A DNA stretch of 64,000 bases, taken from NCBI GenBank assembly GCA_963833135.1, contig CAWHWW010000014.1, forward strand, positions 132,620 through 196,619. The letters are read 5' to 3'. This DNA is from an uncultured cyanobacterium (GTDB taxonomy: Bacteria > Acidobacteriota > Vicinamibacteria > Vicinamibacterales > UBA2999). The first letter of the stretch is position 1. Each line of letters opens with the position of its first letter. Below the pieces are notes generated by a model, which worked only from the letters and a program-made list of their open reading frames with translations, made no database searches and was not told the DNA's origin. The position numbers were made by a program, and so were the translations under genes. This document shows positions 45,749 through 54,046 of this stretch, in pieces.

Positions 45749-47053
45749 TCATTGAGCGCTGGTCGGACGAGCTTCCCTCCTTAACGCCGGCGCCAGCCTC
45801 CGTAATGCGACGCTCAGCCCGGCGGGGAGGCCCAGGCCGAGCGCCAGCGCCTCACACGGGAAGGCGAACCGCGTGTTCCACAGGAGGAAAAATGAGTGGG
45901 CGAAGATGACGACCAGCGGGACGAGGCTCAGCACGGCCAAATCGTAGCAGCGGCGGCGCAGCGAATCGACGCACCAGAGCATCAGGCCCAGCCACCCGGC
46001 GCTGATGAGGAGCGCGAAGACCGGCACGACAAGCCTATGCAGCCCGCAGCGCCACCAGGAGATGGGGCGAAGAACCGGCGGCGGCAGGACGAAGATGATG
46101 CTTTCCGCGCCCACATATTCGCACCTGGCGATCACCGGAGCGACGTCACCTCGCGGACGGACGGGGACGATGAGGGCTATGGTCGTATCGAGTACGGCGC
46201 GCACGTAGGCAAGTGGCGCTCCCAGAAAGCGCCCGGGCACCTTCCTCCTGAGCTCGCGATCGACCTCCACCGAATGGGCGCCTTTCATCAGGCGCTCGGT
46301 GTCCGCATCTTCGGGGAACCCGATGGCGCTGGCGTAGTCGTGGATGGTATATCCGGAGTTGAGAGAGAGACCAAACTCGCCCCGACGCGCGTTGTACGAG
46401 AGCCACGGGAGCAGTGCCAGGAAGGCCGTCACCAAGGTGACGGATGCTCCGGCAATCATCCAGGGCGTCCGCCGGGTGACTCGCGGTGGAACGAGTGGAG
46501 TCGCTGCCGCCACCGCGATGGCCGGCGCCAGGGCGGGACGAACCAGCGCGGCCACTCCCAGCAGCAGTCCCATCAGCGCGCGCCAGCCGAGGAAGGCGGG
46601 AGCCGCCGCCTGCATCGCGGCCACGAGGGCGATGAACCCGGCCACGATGAGGAATTCGGCCAGGCTTTCCGACAGCAAGGTCTGGGCATAGTAGTGGCGC
46701 ATCGGATCGAGCGCGACCAGCAGGGCTCCCACCAGTCCTGCCCACCTGCCCAGAAGCGTATGCCCGATCATCAGCATGAGCACGCAGGTGATGATGGCCA
46801 GGATGTGTTGGGAGAGGATCACTATCTCCACTGTGTGAACCATCCGCGTCAGGAGCCACACGAACAGCGGATAGGCTGGCGTCGTCCAGAGGTCCCACTG
46901 GCCGGCGGCCAGGGCCCGGAAGAATCCGTCGCCCAGGTTGGCATAGCGCACGGAGTCGGGCCAGACGATGACCGGGACCGCGCGAAAGTAGGTTAGCTGT
47001 GCAAGGGCCGCCACAAGGGCGACGACGAGCGCATCGCCACGCCGCACGGTCAT
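45749..47053 (-). CDS. Polytopic membrane protein, GT-C fold (ArnT/PMT-like glycosyltransferase)
   Basis: PDSVRY, TPAYPLF, LLSESL, LVRP, RFAFP; many TM segments. Confidence 0.7.
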   Translation of the reverse strand: MTVRRGDALVVALVAALAQLTYFRAVPVIVWPDSVRYANLGDGFFRALAAGQWDLWTTPAYPLFVWLLTRMVHTVEIVILSQHILAIITCVLMLMIGHTLLGRWAGLVGALLVALDPMRHYYAQTLLSESLAEFLIVAGFIALVAAMQAAAPAFLGWRALMGLLLGVAALVRPALAPAIAVAAATPLVPPRVTRRTPWMIAGASVTLVTAFLALLPWLSYNARRGEFGLSLNSGYTIHDYASAIGFPEDADTERLMKGAHSVEVDRELRRKVPGRFLGAPLAYVRAVLDTTIALIVPVRPRGDVAPVIARCEYVGAESIIFVLPPPVLRPISWWRCGLHRLVVPVFALLISAGWLGLMLWCVDSLRRRCYDLAVLSLVPLVVIFAHSFFLLWNTRFAFPCEALALGLGLPAGLSVALRRLAPALRREARPTSAQ

Positions 47054-47342
47054 CGTGCGGCTTTCAACTTCGGGGGTTAGCGGCTGAGGGCGCGCGAGAT
47101 CCGCATCGGAGGGAGCCGATCATAAATAGACGTTACCACGTGCGTTTGGGATACGACGCCGGGCGGCCTAACGCAGCCTCAATCGCGGTCGCTCGAACGC
47201 ATCCCATGTCCGCATGTCCGACACGACGATGCGATCGTCAGGTGAAACGCCGCTCACGATCTGAATCAACGACGGCGAGCATCCGGGGCGCCGGCGAGTG
47301 CCCGGCGCCCCTCAGATGATCGGCGACCTGCCCACCTGGAAT

Positions 47343-47846
47343 CTACTTGCAGTCGATGGTCTGCGGAATGCCCTGATGGATCCCGCCCTTCGGGTCCGAA
47401 GGATTGAACGTCAGTGTGATCGACTGATAGGAGAAGGAGACGCTTTCCATCGGTAACTCGCTGCTGCCAGAGGTCTGGCTCGACGTCACCCTCGCATTGT
47501 TAATGCGGATGTCGTACACCACACCCGAAAACACACCGGACTTGACGACCTCGATCCGGACTTCTGGAAACACCTGCCCCATAGCCGCCGCGGCCCAGAG
47601 CGCCGGACCTGCTTGGTCGAGATATTTCATGATCGACACGTCGGAACAGGTAACTGCCTTTTTCGTACCGCTCACCCCCTGTGACATCGACAGGACGTCG
47701 ATCCAGTCCTTGTGGTTTGCGTCGACGGAGCTGCCCGGAACGCCAGGGACAAACATGAACGTTCGATACTGTTGTGCGTGTGCCTCACCCGATCCGACCA
47801 CCACGAGCCCTGCCGCGAGAGCGCCGATCACGAATAACCGTCTCAT
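47343..47846 (-). CDS. hcp: Hcp (T6SS tube-fold) family protein with N-terminal signal peptide
   Basis: VPGSSVDANHKDWIDVLS, MKYLDQAGPAL, IRINNARVTS, PMESVSFSYQSI; preceded by MRRLFVIGALAAGLVVVGSGEAHA. Confidence 0.75.
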   Translation of the reverse strand: MRRLFVIGALAAGLVVVGSGEAHAQQYRTFMFVPGVPGSSVDANHKDWIDVLSMSQGVSGTKKAVTCSDVSIMKYLDQAGPALWAAAAMGQVFPEVRIEVVKSGVFSGVVYDIRINNARVTSSQTSGSSELPMESVSFSYQSITLTFNPSDPKGGIHQGIPQTIDCK

Positions 47847-47867
47847 CCGGACCCCCTTTGCTGACCT

Positions 47868-47894
47868 TACTGTTGAGTTGAAGCTCAACAGTAC
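47868..47894. promoter_or_regulatory. Palindrome immediately upstream of the hcp RBS
   Basis: tactgttgag-ttgaag-ctcaacagta perfect 10-bp arms. Confidence 0.5.
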
Positions 47895-48064
47895 AGAAAG
47901 CGAGGTGGTTTGGCAATGATGGTCCGGAAGTTTGACATGCCCTGGACTGCAGTGTTCAGGCGCATACTTACGACGCTCTCGCGGCAGACGTCGCATCCGC
48001 CGACGTCGGCCGGCCGAGCGCAGCAGCGATACGTCGGCTCGCAGTCACATAGCACCAAGGCGAG

Positions 48065-49903
48065 ATGGCCAACGTCTTTCTCAGTTATGCGCGCGAGGAC
48101 AGTGCCAAAGCCGCGATCATCGCCAAGGCTTTGTCGGGACGAGACTGGACTGTCTGGTGGGATCGCACGATTCCCCCCGGCAAGACCTTTGACGACGTCA
48201 TCGAGGATGCACTCGACCGTGCGGCGTGTGTCGTCGTGCTGTGGTCGAGGACTTCGGTCTTGTCCCATTGGGTGCGCGCCGAAGCTGCGGAAGGGGCCCG
48301 CCGCGGCATCCTCGTGCCGGCGCTCCTCGAGGCCGCGAAGATTCCGCTGGAGTTCAGGCGCGTCCAGGCTGCAGACCTCACGTCGTGGCACGGCGACCCT
48401 GCGGACCCGGAGTTCGAACGATTCGTTCAGTCGATCACGGCGCTGATACAACCCGCGGCGGTCGCGCCGGCAGGTATCGCGTCGCCACGGATTGCCGAGC
48501 CCTCTTTGGACCTTTTCGAAAGCTCGTCTCAGCGGGATGTGACGGAACAGCAACCCGAACGTCGCCGCTCACACGCTCTCGGCTGGGCCACCCTCGGTAT
48601 CATCGCTATGCTCGTGCTCGGCGTAGCCTGGTGGTTGACGAGCCGTCAGGCAGTTGCTCCTCCCGTGAGTGAAAAGCCTCTCGAGCACCCACGCACGCTG
48701 CCGCCCGGGATAACCTTAGACCCCCGTGTTGACGTGCCATTGATCGTTGGCCTGCAAGTTGACGACGCGCGCACGCGACTCGACGGAATCGGGTTGCGCG
48801 TCGGCGGCGTGCGAGAGGCGAACGAAAACGGCCCAGCTGGAACGATCACGGCACAGCGTCCCGGCGCCGGCGAGCGTGTCAGCCCCGGCGCGGCGGTCGA
48901 TCTGGTCGTCGCGCGGTCCTCCGGCGCGAAGCCCGCGCCCACGTCACGTGCGCGGTCAGACCCGAAGACCGAGAATCGCGTCGCCCAGGGAATCGAGGTG
49001 CCCGCCCTCACGGGACTCTCGATCGAAGAAGCGCGAGATCGCACGTCGCGTCGTGGCCTCACGGTCGGCAGTGTCACGACGCGGGCAAGCGACAGGATGG
49101 CGGCCAACACCGTTCTCTCACAGGAGCCGGCCGCCGGCACGCGGCAACCGTCGGGCACTCCGATCGCGCTGGTGATTGCGGAGGTATCCACAGCACCAGC
49201 CGACAGCAATCGTGCGCGAGGGGCACGCTCTCCCGCTACGAACTCGATTACAAATATCCGCGCAACCGATAGGTCACCATCGGAGGTCACTTTCGAGGCA
49301 GATGTCTTCTACGATGGAGCGAGCGGCACCGACCGGATCTACCTTACGGCTACGGCGATGAACGGAAAAACCCAGATGCGCGGTGCGACTGCGCACTTGT
49401 CATCGCCACTTCGAGTCGGCGCCGGTCACGCAAGTGTGACTCTGAGGATGTGGGGCACGGTTGCCGACGCCACGAGCACCGATGTCAACCTCTGTATCAG
49501 AGCGACGAGACCGGGCCCACGGACAGAGCCCGTCCATTGTCAGACGTTTCCGCTCGCGAAAAAATGGGTGTTGCCCATGAACACTGTGACGAACTTTCGT
49601 TCCCGCGACGCGGCGCCATCGGAACTTGTTGTCAATGTCTCTATCTGGTACGACGGCACCCTTGGCACGTCACGCATCCTGTTGCAGGCGTGTCCTCGAG
49701 GCGCGAACGCGCGGGGAACGCGGGTCGGCGGTATTCGCTGCGGGCAGGCCCCTTTGCAAGTGGGACCCAACAACGTGGAGCTCACGATGACGATGGACAG
49801 TGAGCCTCAGATGCTGGACAGCTCGACTGTCGAAGTATGTCTGGTTGGTCCTCGCTACTTCGAATGTCAGGTCTTTCCGCACCAGAAGCGCTGGTCTCGC
49901 TGA
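48065..49903 (+). CDS. TIR domain-TM-2xPASTA-2x Cys-containing repeat protein
   Basis: VFLSYARED, WWDR, SHWVRAEA (TIR_2); TM LGWATLGIIAMLVLGVAWW; VPLIVGL..AQRP and VPALTGL..SQEP PASTA repeats; two ~110-aa C-terminal repeats. Confidence 0.85.
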   Translation: MANVFLSYAREDSAKAAIIAKALSGRDWTVWWDRTIPPGKTFDDVIEDALDRAACVVVLWSRTSVLSHWVRAEAAEGARRGILVPALLEAAKIPLEFRRVQAADLTSWHGDPADPEFERFVQSITALIQPAAVAPAGIASPRIAEPSLDLFESSSQRDVTEQQPERRRSHALGWATLGIIAMLVLGVAWWLTSRQAVAPPVSEKPLEHPRTLPPGITLDPRVDVPLIVGLQVDDARTRLDGIGLRVGGVREANENGPAGTITAQRPGAGERVSPGAAVDLVVARSSGAKPAPTSRARSDPKTENRVAQGIEVPALTGLSIEEARDRTSRRGLTVGSVTTRASDRMAANTVLSQEPAAGTRQPSGTPIALVIAEVSTAPADSNRARGARSPATNSITNIRATDRSPSEVTFEADVFYDGASGTDRIYLTATAMNGKTQMRGATAHLSSPLRVGAGHASVTLRMWGTVADATSTDVNLCIRATRPGPRTEPVHCQTFPLAKKWVLPMNTVTNFRSRDAAPSELVVNVSIWYDGTLGTSRILLQACPRGANARGTRVGGIRCGQAPLQVGPNNVELTMTMDSEPQMLDSSTVEVCLVGPRYFECQVFPHQKRWSR

Positions 49904-49920
49904 ATAGCCTTGAGGACATG

Positions 49921-50727
49921 CTACCGCCGGAACACCGCGACCACGTAGCCGTCGCGAAGCGTACTCATGAAATAGCGGATTGCAAATGCCGGGATACCGA
50001 TGTTCGCGTGCTCAGCCGCATGCAACGGCGCCGAGGCGCTATCCACCATCGTGTAGCCGCGATCGGTGAAGAGCCGCTCCGGAGCGTCCTCCATGTCGGT
50101 AAAGGTCGCTCCCATGCCGACGATCTTCTCGTGAATGTCACGGCCGTACTTGTCGAAGAAGCGCTTACGCATCAAATCGCAGTAGACGGTGTGATGTGCG
50201 AAGCGTTCCGAAATCGTCTTGAGCAACGACACGCGCTGATCGCGGGTGAGATACATCAGCACGCCTTCGATGACGATGTGCACGCTCGACGGTGCCGTGA
50301 TCATGGCGAGCTTGTCTGCTAGCGGCTCCCGGGCGAATTCAATGGTCATGCGCCGTAACGGGTTGGGCGCGGTCGAGGCCGGCAATCGGCTTTCCTTGTA
50401 GGTCAGAATCTCGGGCTCATCGAGCTCGAACCAATGGCCGCCTCGAAGACGAAAAGCGCGCGTATCGAAGCCGGCGCCAATGAACACGATCGTAGCCTGG
50501 GGATCGGACCGAAGGGCGCGCCGCAGATGTTCGTCGATGATCGCATGCCGCGCAGCGTTGCTGCCGTTTGGCTTCGTCAACGACTTGAATTCCTCCCACA
50601 CCGCCTTCGCATCGTCATTCATGAACTTCTGCGCGAAGGTGTCGCCCAGGATCGGTTTCGCCTGCGCGGCGTCCGCGGCCCGCACGGCAAGCGTGTAGTA
50701 GGCGGTGCGCGAGATTGGATTAGCCAT
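49921..50727 (-). CDS. Class I SAM-dependent methyltransferase (LCM/O-methyltransferase family)
   Basis: TAYYTLAVRA, IGAGFDTRAFRL, FELD, IEGVLMYL. Confidence 0.88.
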   Translation of the reverse strand: MANPISRTAYYTLAVRAADAAQAKPILGDTFAQKFMNDDAKAVWEEFKSLTKPNGSNAARHAIIDEHLRRALRSDPQATIVFIGAGFDTRAFRLRGGHWFELDEPEILTYKESRLPASTAPNPLRRMTIEFAREPLADKLAMITAPSSVHIVIEGVLMYLTRDQRVSLLKTISERFAHHTVYCDLMRKRFFDKYGRDIHEKIVGMGATFTDMEDAPERLFTDRGYTMVDSASAPLHAAEHANIGIPAFAIRYFMSTLRDGYVVAVFRR

Positions 50728-50765
50728 TCGCGCGGCATCATAAATCGGTTAGGCTCTGTCGCGTC

Positions 50766-51962
50766 ATGATCACCAGACGCGACTTTCTCAAGACCACCTC
50801 GACCTCACTAGCAGCGGCAGGGCCGCTCGCGACGCTGGCAACGGCCGCGCCGTCCGAAGCGCGATCCGCCGAGATCTGGATTCAGCGCGCGGTGAAGCCT
50901 GTCGTCATCTCTGACTATTCGGGATGGGAATTCAAGAATGGCGGCCGGGAAAATGCGGTCGAACGCGCGTTTCGCCTGATCGCGGAAGGCAAGGACGTCC
51001 TCGACGCATTGATCGCAGGCGTCAACATTCCCGAGCTCGATCCGCTGGAAACCGGCATCGGCTACGGTGCGCTCCCGAACGCAGACGGCATCGTCGAGCT
51101 CGACTCGTCGTGCATGCACGGGCCCAGGAAGCGAGCGGGCGCGGTTGCGGCCATTCAGGGTGTCCGCACGCCGTCCCTGGTTGCGAAGGCGGTGATGGAT
51201 CATACCGACCACCACCTTCTTGTCGGCGACGGCGCGAAGCAGTTTGCGCGCGCGATGGGCTTCACCGTGGAAGACGACCTCAACACGGAGAACTCGCGGA
51301 AGCTGTGGCGTGAGTGGAAGCGCCGCATCGATCCCGAGCATTGGCTCGATCCGGATGGCGACGCACGCAAGCCCATTCCGAAGCACCAGAAGGATCCGGG
51401 CGACGCGGCAATGCTCGAGTCACGCGGCTTCGAGGCGGGGCTTTCCATGGTGCGCGACGGTCTGATCAGGGAAGGGAGCTTCTGGGGCACGATCAATTGT
51501 GATGGCATCGGCCCGAACGGCGACATTTGCGGCGTCACCACTACGAGCGGGCTCGCCTGGAAGATTCCGGGTCGGACTGGCGATTCGCCGATTCTCGGCG
51601 CAGGGCTGTACGTCGACAACGAGATCGGCGCCGCGGGTTCGACCGGCCGCGGTGAAGCTAACCTCTACAACCTCTCGTCTTTCCTGATCGTGGAGTCGAT
51701 GCGGCGCGGAATGTCGCCGAAGGACGCCGGGATGGAGGCGTTGGCGCGCATTCGGGCGAACACGATCGAGAAGCGTCTGCTGAACGGCAGGGGCAATCCG
51801 AATTTCAACATTCGCTTCTTCGTGCTCAACAAGAAGGGCGAGTACGCCGGCGTCTCGATGTATCGCGCGGGAGAGACGCAGTATGCCGTGTGCACCGAGA
51901 ACGGCGCCCGCACGCTGGAGCTCGAACCGCTGCTGCCTGGAAGTCCTCAAGACACGGCCTGA
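50766..51962 (+). CDS. N4-(beta-N-acetylglucosaminyl)-L-asparaginase (Ntn hydrolase), Tat-exported
   Basis: TRRDFLK Tat motif; GYGALPN; GTINC; TTTSGLAWKIPGRTGDSP. Confidence 0.88.
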   Translation: MITRRDFLKTTSTSLAAAGPLATLATAAPSEARSAEIWIQRAVKPVVISDYSGWEFKNGGRENAVERAFRLIAEGKDVLDALIAGVNIPELDPLETGIGYGALPNADGIVELDSSCMHGPRKRAGAVAAIQGVRTPSLVAKAVMDHTDHHLLVGDGAKQFARAMGFTVEDDLNTENSRKLWREWKRRIDPEHWLDPDGDARKPIPKHQKDPGDAAMLESRGFEAGLSMVRDGLIREGSFWGTINCDGIGPNGDICGVTTTSGLAWKIPGRTGDSPILGAGLYVDNEIGAAGSTGRGEANLYNLSSFLIVESMRRGMSPKDAGMEALARIRANTIEKRLLNGRGNPNFNIRFFVLNKKGEYAGVSMYRAGETQYAVCTENGARTLELEPLLPGSPQDTA

Positions 51963-51987
51963 GGGTTCCTTTAAGATATGGGCGCTC

Positions 51988-53343
51988 GTGGCTGTTCCCC
52001 CGGCATCGCGCTCCGCTCGTGGCCGTACCGCGTTCGCGCTGTTGTTCGTGGCGCTGTTGGTTCCTTTCTCGTATTTCAATCACAGCGACGGCTGGAACCA
52101 GGGTGTTCGCATTGCGGAGCTCCACGCCATCGTCATCAAAGGCACGCTGCGCATCGACGACTATCTGGCCTACACTGGCGACCGCGCACTGATTGACGGT
52201 CACTACTACAGCGAGAAGGCTCCGGCGATGGTGTTGTTCGCGTTGCCGTCGTTTGCGCTCACCGTCGCGGTCCAGAAACTGTTCGGAGTCGATCCGGACT
52301 CGCCGTCGGCAGGGCGGGTGTCGCAGTGGATTGCCACAGCGGCCTCGGTCGGACTCCTGGCGGCGCTTGGCGGCGTGGCTTTTTTTGCCTTGCTCAGGAC
52401 CCGCTTCGATGCCTTGACCTCCGTGCTGGCGACCTTTGGCCTGTTTCTCGGTTCCATCACGTGGCCGTACGCGACGTCGCTATTCGCGCATGCCGGCACG
52501 ATCGGCCTGATGGCGATTGCGCTGTGGGGGACGCTCGGTCCTGGGTCGCCCCGCCGGGACGTGTTGGCCGGCCTGGCGGCAGGGTTCGCTGTGGCTTCGG
52601 AGTATCCGGCAATCTTCCCGGGCGTGGTGCTCGGCCTGCGCCTTGGCATGCTGGATGTTCGTCGCATGTGGCGATATGGATTGGCGACGATGCCGGCGGC
52701 CGCGTTGATCCTGGCCAACAACTATGCGATCTCGGGATCGGCGTTCGAGTTGAGTTATGGATCGAATCCGCTGTTTCCGGAACTGGCGGCGACGACCAGC
52801 TACGGTTTCGGCATGCCCGAGGTGGCCGCGATTAGCGGACTGTTATGGGGAGAGTATCGAGGGCTCTTTTTCTGGAGCCCTGCGCTGCTCATGGCGCTGC
52901 CGGGTTCCTACTACATGTTCAGAAATGATCGCGGTGTCGCGATCATGACGATGATCGGCTGTCTGCTGGTCCTGCTGGAGTCCGCTGCCTTCTACATGTG
53001 GTTCGGCGGCAACGCGATAGGCCCGCGTTATCTGGCGCCTGTATTACCTCTGGTCGGGCTCGCTGCGGCATACGGCATCCAGCGATGGCCGGAACCCGGC
53101 CTGGTCCTCGCCCTGATCTCCATCGGCCTGATGCTCGGCGTGACGGCGATTGCGATCGATCCGCCCGGTGATGTGCTGACGCCTCTTCAGTCGTACTATC
53201 TGGTTCGCTTCCACGACAGTCGCTTCGCCGACAACCTGGGGACGCTCCTCGGCGCGCCGCTGTGGCTCAGCCTGATCGTGCCGCTCGTCCTGCCGATTGT
53301 CGCGGCCTGGAAATGGCTGAAGGAGCCCGTGGCCGGTGTCTGA
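51988..53343 (+). CDS. Polytopic membrane protein, probable GT-C glycosyltransferase
   Basis: HYYSEKAP, ASEYP, GLFFWSP, GPRYLAP; many TMs; coupled to a GT2 gene; start uncertain. Confidence 0.65.
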   Translation: MAVPPASRSARGRTAFALLFVALLVPFSYFNHSDGWNQGVRIAELHAIVIKGTLRIDDYLAYTGDRALIDGHYYSEKAPAMVLFALPSFALTVAVQKLFGVDPDSPSAGRVSQWIATAASVGLLAALGGVAFFALLRTRFDALTSVLATFGLFLGSITWPYATSLFAHAGTIGLMAIALWGTLGPGSPRRDVLAGLAAGFAVASEYPAIFPGVVLGLRLGMLDVRRMWRYGLATMPAAALILANNYAISGSAFELSYGSNPLFPELAATTSYGFGMPEVAAISGLLWGEYRGLFFWSPALLMALPGSYYMFRNDRGVAIMTMIGCLLVLLESAAFYMWFGGNAIGPRYLAPVLPLVGLAAAYGIQRWPEPGLVLALISIGLMLGVTAIAIDPPGDVLTPLQSYYLVRFHDSRFADNLGTLLGAPLWLSLIVPLVLPIVAAWKWLKEPVAGV

Positions 53344-54046
53344 CTCCCGCCGCCTCAGCGTGATCATGCCCGTCTACAACGAGGAGGGCGCGATCGTTGC
53401 CGCCGTCGACGAGGTGAAGCAGTTCATCCTGGAGTTCGTTCCAGAATCGGAACTCGTCGTGGTCGACGATGGCTCGAGAGACGATACGGGCCGTCTGCTG
53501 GACGCCGCCGCGTCCGGCGATCCGCGAATTCGTGTCATCCATCAACCAAACGGCGGGCACGGCGCCGCGGTGCTCACTGGCTTGAAGGCCTCGCACGGCG
53601 AATACATTTTCCTCATCGACAGCGATCGGCAGATCCCGCTCGACTGTTTCAAGACCGCCTGGACAGAGGTCATGGCGGGCCGTGACGCGGTGTTCGGCGT
53701 GCGCCGCCGGCGCTACGACCCCGTGTTGCGGCTCTATCTCTCCAGGCTGATACGGCACTCGGTCAACGTGTTGTTCCGCGTCAATCTGAGCGATGCGAAT
53801 GCGCCCTTCAAACTGTTCAGGCGCGGCATCTGGGCCGAAGCGCGCGACTGCGTGCCGGACGGCACGCTGGCGCCGTCGATGTTTCTCGCCATCGCGGCCA
53901 AGTCGCGCGGCTACAACATTCTCGAGATCGACGTGACTCACAAGGAGCGCGATACCGGTGAGGTCACGCTGCGGAAGTTCAAGCTGCTGAAATTCTGCGC
54001 CAGGGGACTGGGGCAGATGCTCAGGCTGATACGCCGTGTCCGCTGA
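53336..54046 (+). CDS. Glycosyltransferase family 2 (polyprenol-phosphate glycosyltransferase-like)
   Basis: LSVIMPVYNEE, VVDDGSRD, NGGHG, IDSDRQ. Confidence 0.9.
   Translation: MSDSRRLSVIMPVYNEEGAIVAAVDEVKQFILEFVPESELVVVDDGSRDDTGRLLDAAASGDPRIRVIHQPNGGHGAAVLTGLKASHGEYIFLIDSDRQIPLDCFKTAWTEVMAGRDAVFGVRRRRYDPVLRLYLSRLIRHSVNVLFRVNLSDANAPFKLFRRGIWAEARDCVPDGTLAPSMFLAIAAKSRGYNILEIDVTHKERDTGEVTLRKFKLLKFCARGLGQMLRLIRRVR

Noticed and set aside
47343-47846. Type VI secretion gene cluster
   Set aside because: Only Hcp is present; no sheath, VgrG, baseplate or membrane-complex genes.
45604-50000. Integrative element or prophage at tRNA-Leu
   Set aside because: No integrase or phage genes, and I found no duplicated tRNA 3' end; only accessory-looking content.
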